DNA of 32,000 nucleotides from Candidatus Zixiibacteriota bacterium (GTDB lineage Bacteria; Zixibacteria; MSB-5A5; UBA10806; 4484-95): NCBI GenBank assembly GCA_024231855.1, contig JAAEQD010000223.1, positions 6,042 to 38,041 of the forward strand, read 5' to 3'. Shown piece by piece: positions 26,301 to 32,000 of this stretch (position 1 is its first letter; each line of letters starts with the position of its first letter). The notes under the pieces were generated by a model. It saw only the letters and a program-made list of their open reading frames with translations, ran no database searches and was not told where the DNA came from. The position numbers and the translations under genes were made by a program.

Positions 26301-29300
26301 CTTTTATGCCATTCCAAAGCAACCTGAATGGTTGACCTATAAAGTTTTTTGTGCTTTTGAAAAAAATATAGCTGGTGAGGAATCCGAATGGCATACGGCG
26401 TTCGTAGAAGAGTTTGTTATACCAGAACCCGATGATGAAAGAGATTTATATTTTTATGGAAGTAATAATCGATATTCTTATGATCGTAATGGCTCTTTTC
26501 ACCATGGATACAGCACTAGTAAGTTCGGGGAGGGTCGTATTGTTAAGGGCTATAAATTTGATAATCCAAATGAGAGTGAGGATGACGATAGAAATTTCGA
26601 CCTATATACTTTTAACCAAACCGGTCAAAGCTTTGGCTTAGATATTGATACATACACTTATACTAATGATGTATATTCTGCTATAAGTAATAAAGAATAT
26701 GATGATGGGGATTTAGTAGAATCAACTTATGATATTCTATCAAGGTATTACGATTTTGATTTTGACTGTCAATGGGAATGCGGTAATGTCCAAGACTATC
26801 CGTGTATCTCTAAAACCGTGTATTCCATTGATGATAACGACATTACCGGCACAACCTGGTACTACGATTACTTTGATGGTACTTGTGATGCCAGTACTCA
26901 ACGGGCAAAATATCACAAGAGTGTAGTAGAATTACCCGGCGATGGCGCTAACGGCAGTGTAGAAAATTATTATTACTGTGGCCTTTCACGGACTGTGTTT
27001 ACTGATAATCTGGAACTCCCGGACCTCACCGAAGAAGAGCTGGGGCTTGGTTTTCTTTTAAACGGTGTCCCATATAAAACTTATATCAAAAACGCCGTTG
27101 GAGCGATTATTGATTCATCGTTTAACTATTACAAGTGCAAAGTCCCGGTCCATATTGACGTGGGGAATTATCCGACTATTATTCAAACCTACCTGGATAG
27201 TACTTTTACCTGGACCGACACGGTGGAGATCTGGACGAAATATGATTACAACAGCTTTAACGATCAGGCTTACAAGATCCAGCAGTTTTACAGACCTGAT
27301 TATTGTAAAACAACGGAAATACATTATGCTTACAGTCAATACTCAGAAATGTATGATCGAAATATGCTGACACAACCTTATCAGGTTGATGTGATAGATG
27401 AAGACCTAACCGATCCCGAAAATCCTATTCGGGTTACATTGAGAAGCTCTAAGACTGAGTGGGAAGAATTTTCGACTCCCGCAAGCTGTATTTATCCCGC
27501 CAGGGAATATGGACTGTTAGATGGTGACTGGGCTTTACAGAGGGAAATTATTGAATATGATAGCCGCGGCAATATAATAAATGAACTGGACGCGTTAGGA
27601 GTTGAGATAACATATCTCTATGATGACGCGGGCATTTTCAACACCGCTAGCTTCGTGAATGCCGATCCGTTATATGTGATGTATCCGCCATTGGTAAATT
27701 ATTGCGCCGGCGATGGGAGTATGCTTCATGACGGGGTATATACGTCCGAGGGCATAAATGTTATATGGATTGATAATCCGGGTAAAATACCTGAAAGCAA
27801 TTCCTGGGAAGATGAATATGGTTATACGGATCCCCGCGAAGATGGAATTGAGATATTTGGAAATGCCGGTGATTATATTGAAATCTGTCACCCCGATGCC
27901 GATATAATGCCATTTGAAGGTGATTACATTTTGAGATTTGATTATCGAATTAAAAGCGGAGGAATAAACGCGGTAGCCGGCATTGACGAAGTAGATCCAC
28001 CCATTAATTGGTATTCATCCGCTTTTGATGAAAACGGTCTATGGCATGTGGCATTTATTGAAGGTACCTGGTACGAGGGATCTCAAGATAAACTATGTAT
28101 AAAAATTATCTGTGATGAAGACCTTACACAATATATGCTCGATAACTTGGCATTTTATCCCGTTAGCTGTCTGGCGGCCACCAAGAAGGTCAATTATGAT
28201 AAAGGCAAAGTGATTGCCGAAACCGATGATAATGGTTTTTCGACCAGGTTTGTTTATGATCTTTATAACCAGCCAATAGCCGTAACGGATCAATATCGCG
28301 AAAATATCACTTCAACAGATGTTTTCTATATGTTTGAATCTGAATCGATTGGAGATTTCGAGGAATTTGAAAATTTCCCGAATTTTACTTCATCTTCAAC
28401 TTATCCAAACAGAAATTTATTAATTAATAGCGGATTCGAGCATGGCAAGTTCGGTTGGTCTGTTAACGAGGACGAACAGTATTTCCGAACCGAATTGTAT
28501 CATGATTCAGATAACTGCGGGCTATGCGATAATCCTGTTATGGGATCAAAACTTATGATCATTGACCCCCCTACTTCGATGGCTGCGGAAAGTTACAGTT
28601 TTTCTCAAAAAACAAGAACCGGAATCATCAGGGGCGATACAGATTATACACTCAGTTTAAACGCCTGGGATCACAATGGACCTAGTAATGCTATTATAAC
28701 CTTATTCGTTGATTGGCATGATAGAATGGGTGGCCGGATCAGTACCGAGGATGAGCATCTCACGCTGGGTAGCGAACCGACTATGTGTTTGAAATGTCAG
28801 TTTACATTTACATCGCCCCCGAATGCCGTGTCCGCCGAGATAACAATTGATGTCGCATCTCCTACCGGGGCTTATGTAGATGCGTATTATTTCGATCAGA
28901 TCGAGTTTATAAAGGCTTCGGAATATGTTCCGAGTTTGGTAGATATCACCTATAGCGATGGACAGGGAAAGAATTTACAGAATGTCAGTACTTATAATAC
29001 TTTAGATGCTCCCGATTTCGTTAGCGCTAAATCGTATGATGAATTTTTCAGAATTCAAAAGGAATATAAACCATATGAAGTAGTGCAGGTAGGTCATAGA
29101 TATGATCCGAATTTTGATTCAAATGCGGATACTTACTACAGCGAAAACGGACCGGATGATCATATTCCTGATTGCGGCGGTGTGCCTTACAAGAAGTATC
29201 AATACATGGCTAATCCAAAGGGGCGGCTTGAAGCAGTTTATGTCCCGGGTGTCGATTTTATTGATAAACCAACAACATTAAGATTTGGCACGAACATAGC

Positions 29301-32000
29301 TCCCATAAATGGATATGAAGCAAAAACCCTGAGTAAATCTATTACTATCGATCCGGGCGACTTAGTATCAGTAGAATATAAGAATATATTCGGCCACACT
29401 ATCGAAACCACCGCCGATTCGGTACAGGGTGGTTTAAACCTCACTACCAGATATGAAGTCAACATTGCAGGTGATGTTACGAAAGTTACTCCCCCCTTGG
29501 CAAGTGAACTTCAGGATCAGAATGATCTTAATTACAGTGATCTGGAAATTACCAATGCGTACGATACGTTTGGCCGGCAGTTGAGAGAATCCAGCAGCGA
29601 TTATGGATTGAGTAAATATATCTACGATGCTGCAGGGCAACTGCGTTTCTACCAAAACAGTAAACAAAAAGAGAAACTGGATTGGACGGAAATAGTCTAT
29701 GATGTACTTGGCAGAGAAATTTTGCGAGGCCGGATATCACAGGCGACCGATCCCGATCCTGAATTGGAGTATTTATCATGGTCGGAAAGCGGAGAAGTGC
29801 TGCGCTGTCTATATGATTCATACAGTTTATCACTATATGAACAGCCAAGAAAGTTGTCTACTCCAACGGTTACCGACTTTATGCTCGATACTTTGAGGGT
29901 TAGAGGCAAATTAATCGTATCCGACAATGGTAAAAATAATCCCGGAACCGACGTGAGAAAATTCTATACCTATGGCAATAACGGCGAACTTCTTTGCGAA
30001 GCGACATTTATCGAGGGTCTGGACTCGGAGAATAAAGAGGTTTATTCTGAATATGATATTTCCGGTAGAAAAATCCGGCAGGAATATCCTGAAAATGTCG
30101 GCGAAGATACGCCCCTTCTGGAGATGGAATTCGGTTTTGATGAAAGGTCCAGATTAGAGACAATTGACAAGTACGAAGGAGGAGTGTTCGACCATCGACT
30201 TGCAAGTTACAAATACTTCATTGACGGTGCGGTAAAAAGATGTATATTAGGTGATGATTTACAAAAAATTGATTATTTTTATAATGCCCCCGGTTGGTTA
30301 ACCGAAATAAACGGAATCGAAATCGGGAATCAGGGATTAGACCCCGATCCGGACGATAAGTTCAAAATGAGACTAGGATATCATCAAGGATACCGAATTA
30401 CTGATGATGATCCTATTCAAAGCTTCCCGGTCAAGTTTAACGGTACTCCGACCTGGGCGGTTTATCATTACCATACGGCCACAAGCGATGACACTCTTGG
30501 TAACACATTCTATTATGACGCGGCTAATCGCCTGATTGAGGCCAAATTCGCTAAAAAGGATAATGAAGCACATTGGAATTTTATTGATATTAAGGACGGC
30601 ATGCGATTTGAGTACGACGCCAATTCCAATATCAGAACCCAGATGAGATATTTCTCCGGGGACGCGGATTATACGGTAATGTCATACAATTACGGCAGTT
30701 CGCCCTATACAAACAGACTTAAATATATTAGTCCTATTCAATCAGACTATAATTATAAATATGATCCTACCGGTAACTGTATGCGCGATACATTTCGGGG
30801 CAACGCGCAATATTTTTACAACTGGCGCAACATGATGATGGGTTCCAGATGGGACAGCGCCATTGAAACCGAGTACTCTAATCTTGAATTCACTTACGGT
30901 CCGACGGATAATAGAGTAAAGAAAGTTCTCAGCGATATTCAATGTGATGAGAATTATTTGAGCCTCGTCACTAAAAAACCATTCCAAACCTGTATACATG
31001 ATGATGATTGCGCGGGCCTGGATTGCTGTCCGTTTCTACCGGGTGATATGAATGGTGACGGTCTTTTCAATAGCACTGATGTCACTAAATTAGTAAGTTT
31101 CCTCGGAGGAACAGGCTCTTTGCCTGATACGGCAATGAGGATGGACACAAACTGCGACGGTTTAATAGATGGTACGGATGTCACTACAATGATGAATTAT
31201 TTTAAGGGTACAGGTACAGTAATGTGTTGTTACTGGATTGAACCGGATACCACATCCACTTACTATGTTCACGATACGGGAGTGGAAGCGACCGAATTTT
31301 ATAAAGGTGGCGAGTCGGTGGATAATGTCTGTTACGTTTATGGTCCGAATGGACGGATAGCGTCATTCAATGACGGCGAAGGACCGTTTTATTATCTTGC
31401 CGATCATCTAGGTACCACGCGAATGGTTCTGGATAAGAAAGGTAAGGTTGCGGCCGATTTATATTATTTGCCCTTCGGTGACGCCAGCCCTAATTACCCA
31501 AATAACTTCTCAATTCCGGAGGTTACTTTCAGATTCTCCGGCAAAGAGCTTGACGACGAGCGCGTAGATGATATTATAGGCTTTAACCTTTACTACTTCG
31601 GAGCAAGATATTACGATCCTCTCTCTTGCCAATGGAAACAGGTGGATCCAAAAGCGTATAAGTACCCAAGTCTATCACCGTATAATTACTGCGCTAATAG
31701 TCCGGTTTTAAAATATGATCCCGATGGCCAGGACTTTGATGATTTTATAGTAGAATTTAATAATGTGGCATTTCAAATTGGACCGACAATTAATAATGTG
31801 GCATTTGAAATTGGACCGTTCTTTACAGATTTTGGATACGAATTTAGTGATAAAGCAACTTCCAGAGCAATGGGTATTGCTAATCTTACTGTGGGATTGG
31901 CTACAGAACCGCGTCAGACAGTCTTTAATATCTCTGCTGGTCTGAAGTATACAGTAACACATCCAGATGATATCTTACGTCAATACATAACTGACATTTC
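23323..32000 (+). CDS. giant secreted YD-repeat/Rhs-family protein, fused TcB-TcC-like architecture, 3' end outside the window (>2,892 aa)
   Basis: The frame with codon starts at positions = 1 mod 3 has no stop from about 23302 to 32000. No + strand ORF in that frame is listed in the track, which only reports stop-terminated ORFs. GTG 23323 has GGAGG at 23313-23317. Motifs in order: signal-like HKSQFFGSIVLIAILLVLLTPYTGFCVEA; SpvB-like TFTGNVELDMQLVSLPGPNGFNLELGIEY...WLGVGWNLEMPAIV; YD repeats (IEYDSRGNIINELDALGVEITYLYDDAG, NAYDTFGRQLRESSSDYGLSKYIYDAAGQLRFY, FEYDANSNIRTQ, YKYDPTGNCMRD); Rhs core YYFGARYYDPLSCQWKQVDP...NYCANSPVLKYDPDG. Confidence 0.88.
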   Translation, partial: MHKSQFFGSIVLIAILLVLLTPYTGFCVEAESSYQGLNIGGEQAQNPFQSDGVSSDDVNTFTGNVELDMQLVSLPGPNGFNLELGIEYCSEIEEMVYQNNDRTQSSWLGVGWNLEMPAIVADLNGTVDYNDDKYFYNSPGEGMIPLIPIVTDPEQDEYMLERFQPWKIKRIFGQEQNNVQYVISWEITREDGSMLIFGDNIDPNIPNPLGFDFDATRIALGLENSILAIKTNVDETVISEIRHVSYQWDLKTVKSVDHQNSITICYGQQTKLGYSEGASVNEYFTRCSHPDTIIDAIGRSVVFYTGIRLPGEYYNKMPHSNFARHDSVYLDSLVMFGCDGDWLGKYDFSYALSNVYEEYPYDLKRYLTGISYYAYNDSTVPTLRLDYYLDQEHAPVAGLFKGSDNNGPSTEDYEMHVMNNLIDYDIFTQDYLLPNAIKNSFGLDLGIAKTVDRIKIYDNAGTGTAGTDHEVTILYGGNNSDWTVLETLDQSSIDRIDDCYWMIPLTTPTSARFWRVYIDGQLKVDDLPVYFTEIKAYDEDPVEDHPYFGALRSIRYPGGSKVEYGYAKKSLEYAPIDTNVTVLLEDSSDPFIREQSSEYFIAQRRVSNAHLTVHYWDGYWRQITFNNVEHYACAGNSFVFTSNDPQDFTVHIYEIRNGKLENTNNFECGVPNSPRRSGTEIWAGQDCYYLRVTPENTAVYPIAAHFLVKHNGQWLKETNNSFHLGLCVPCDNTSHRDSVFVGKDYFVIENNLKDWEANPPHGEWQCERRIYAWKWNGVPGSGGTVQHLYTGNNMDMNFYFIPSDDYFVISMGSDDYYACEHSGDPNSGHWRQDWTQTIYLYLWDTVSERWNEHEVGYVEDFMREGNWHQFHPGSGWIWLTAQRDFFAYAVDNRPWRDDHQDGCFCRIVKINRNEDGSNGSGPTDRTIAIQELDWGNKINVTSGPDYVAIIDNPRGELKIWEWNGNSWSSTEIPLAVDPHLDDYVYMWPSGDHFFYAIPKQPEWLTYKVFCAFEKNIAGEESEWHTAFVEEFVIPEPDDERDLYFYGSNNRYSYDRNGSFHHGYSTSKFGEGRIVKGYKFDNPNESEDDDRNFDLYTFNQTGQSFGLDIDTYTYTNDVYSAISNKEYDDGDLVESTYDILSRYYDFDFDCQWECGNVQDYPCISKTVYSIDDNDITGTTWYYDYFDGTCDASTQRAKYHKSVVELPGDGANGSVENYYYCGLSRTVFTDNLELPDLTEEELGLGFLLNGVPYKTYIKNAVGAIIDSSFNYYKCKVPVHIDVGNYPTIIQTYLDSTFTWTDTVEIWTKYDYNSFNDQAYKIQQFYRPDYCKTTEIHYAYSQYSEMYDRNMLTQPYQVDVIDEDLTDPENPIRVTLRSSKTEWEEFSTPASCIYPAREYGLLDGDWALQREIIEYDSRGNIINELDALGVEITYLYDDAGIFNTASFVNADPLYVMYPPLVNYCAGDGSMLHDGVYTSEGINVIWIDNPGKIPESNSWEDEYGYTDPREDGIEIFGNAGDYIEICHPDADIMPFEGDYILRFDYRIKSGGINAVAGIDEVDPPINWYSSAFDENGLWHVAFIEGTWYEGSQDKLCIKIICDEDLTQYMLDNLAFYPVSCLAATKKVNYDKGKVIAETDDNGFSTRFVYDLYNQPIAVTDQYRENITSTDVFYMFESESIGDFEEFENFPNFTSSSTYPNRNLLINSGFEHGKFGWSVNEDEQYFRTELYHDSDNCGLCDNPVMGSKLMIIDPPTSMAAESYSFSQKTRTGIIRGDTDYTLSLNAWDHNGPSNAIITLFVDWHDRMGGRISTEDEHLTLGSEPTMCLKCQFTFTSPPNAVSAEITIDVASPTGAYVDAYYFDQIEFIKASEYVPSLVDITYSDGQGKNLQNVSTYNTLDAPDFVSAKSYDEFFRIQKEYKPYEVVQVGHRYDPNFDSNADTYYSENGPDDHIPDCGGVPYKKYQYMANPKGRLEAVYVPGVDFIDKPTTLRFGTNIAPINGYEAKTLSKSITIDPGDLVSVEYKNIFGHTIETTADSVQGGLNLTTRYEVNIAGDVTKVTPPLASELQDQNDLNYSDLEITNAYDTFGRQLRESSSDYGLSKYIYDAAGQLRFYQNSKQKEKLDWTEIVYDVLGREILRGRISQATDPDPELEYLSWSESGEVLRCLYDSYSLSLYEQPRKLSTPTVTDFMLDTLRVRGKLIVSDNGKNNPGTDVRKFYTYGNNGELLCEATFIEGLDSENKEVYSEYDISGRKIRQEYPENVGEDTPLLEMEFGFDERSRLETIDKYEGGVFDHRLASYKYFIDGAVKRCILGDDLQKIDYFYNAPGWLTEINGIEIGNQGLDPDPDDKFKMRLGYHQGYRITDDDPIQSFPVKFNGTPTWAVYHYHTATSDDTLGNTFYYDAANRLIEAKFAKKDNEAHWNFIDIKDGMRFEYDANSNIRTQMRYFSGDADYTVMSYNYGSSPYTNRLKYISPIQSDYNYKYDPTGNCMRDTFRGNAQYFYNWRNMMMGSRWDSAIETEYSNLEFTYGPTDNRVKKVLSDIQCDENYLSLVTKKPFQTCIHDDDCAGLDCCPFLPGDMNGDGLFNSTDVTKLVSFLGGTGSLPDTAMRMDTNCDGLIDGTDVTTMMNYFKGTGTVMCCYWIEPDTTSTYYVHDTGVEATEFYKGGESVDNVCYVYGPNGRIASFNDGEGPFYYLADHLGTTRMVLDKKGKVAADLYYLPFGDASPNYPNNFSIPEVTFRFSGKELDDERVDDIIGFNLYYFGARYYDPLSCQWKQVDPKAYKYPSLSPYNYCANSPVLKYDPDGQDFDDFIVEFNNVAFQIGPTINNVAFEIGPFFTDFGYEFSDKATSRAMGIANLTVGLATEPRQTVFNISAGLKYTVTHPDDILRQYITDI
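24630..24935 (+). other. discoidin (F5/8 type C)-like module inside the giant protein
   Basis: KNSFGLDLGIAKTVDRIKIYDNAG...EVTILYGGNNSDWTVLETLDQ...TSARFWRVYIDG...VYFTEIKAY follows the discoidin pattern (..DLG....v..i.i......y.i.ys.d...W......a.RyvRi......l.E..vy). Confidence 0.5.
28409..28915 (+). other. CBM4/9-like jelly-roll module inside the YD-repeat region of the giant protein
   Basis: It starts with NRNLLINSGFEHGKFGWSVN (the N-L-L-x-N-x-x-F-E-x-G-x-x-x-W opening typical of CBM_4_9-type modules) and ends with AYVDAYYFDQIEFIKA. YD repeats flank it on both sides. Confidence 0.45.
31042..31215 (+). other. dockerin-like double EF-hand module inside the giant protein
   Basis: DMNGDGLFNSTDVTKLVSFL and DTNCDGLIDGTDVTTMMNYF each fit DxNxDGxxxxxD plus a helix, 33 residues apart start to start. 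Cys-rich strings flank the module (CIHDDDCAGLDCCPF and GTVMCCYW). Confidence 0.65.
31255..31728 (+). other. Rhs-associated core domain ending at the DPxG autoproteolysis-type motif
   Basis: YVYGPNGRIASFNDGEGPFYYLADHLGTTRMVLDKKGKVAADLYYLPFGDA...FRFSGKELDDE...NLYYFGARYYDPLSCQWKQVDP...SPYNYCANSPVLKYDPDG, with DPDG at 31717-31728. Confidence 0.8.
31757..31822 (+). repeat. in-frame 33-bp tandem duplication in the post-core C-terminal region
   Basis: Unit 1 is ttaataatgtggcatttcaaattggaccgacaa (31757-31789) and unit 2 is ttaataatgtggcatttgaaattggaccgttct (31790-31822). 28 of 33 positions are identical, with one mismatch in the first 29. They encode NNVAFQIGPT / NNVAFEIGPF. Confidence 0.9.

Noticed and set aside
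31757-31822. Tandem 33-bp repeat as a possible CRISPR or other repeat array
   Set aside because: There are only two adjacent units with no spacers, both in frame inside the giant ORF. No repeat-spacer periodicity was seen anywhere in the window.
25390-31962. About twenty 60-100 aa ORFs listed on both strands across 25.4-32 kb
   Set aside because: All lie in frames other than the single long open frame (codon starts = 1 mod 3). They have low-complexity or nonsense-like translations and are best explained as shadow ORFs of the giant gene.

Overview
This 32-kb window is from a bacterial chromosome, probably an uncultivated FCB-superphylum-like organism; that guess rests on a T9SS-type C-terminal sorting domain and a bacterial PcrB/GGGPS gene. 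A core block that looks GC-richer by eye (about 9.2-19.8 kb) holds tRNA-Met, an exported HisC-like aminotransferase, a cupin, a pcrA/uvrD helicase, alaS, a PcrB/GGGPS-family enzyme, a gmhA-like SIS isomerase, a Wzx-like flippase, a small membrane protein and tRNA-Asp. AT-richer accessory DNA anchored on the two tRNA genes flanks it on both sides. On the left is an island with a sigma-70-like protein, a 348-aa unknown and a large serine recombinase (LSR). The last 13 codons of that LSR are encoded by a 43-bp copy of the 3' part of tRNA-Met (4490-4532). That copy is a perfect direct repeat of 9150-9192 inside the intact tRNA-Met. The two repeats bracket a 4.7-kb segment carrying a LicC-like nucleotidyltransferase / HisC-CobD-like PLP enzyme / CDP-alcohol phosphatidyltransferase cassette and a decayed rpsP-KH-rimM copy. 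On the right, directly on tRNA-Asp, sit a second LSR (its 3' end overlaps the tRNA and its terminator), an HTH protein, a tyrosine integrase and a dead pilB/gspE 3' remnant. The main item follows: one uninterrupted reading frame from 23323 past the window end (>2,890 codons). It is absent from the supplied ORF track because it has no stop in the window. It encodes a signal-peptide-bearing protein ordered as an SpvB-like N-terminus, Trp-rich repeats, YD repeats and an Rhs core (fused TcB-TcC-like cocoon), with embedded discoidin-like, CBM-like and dockerin modules and an unrecognised C-terminal payload. No rRNA gene or CRISPR array was seen.
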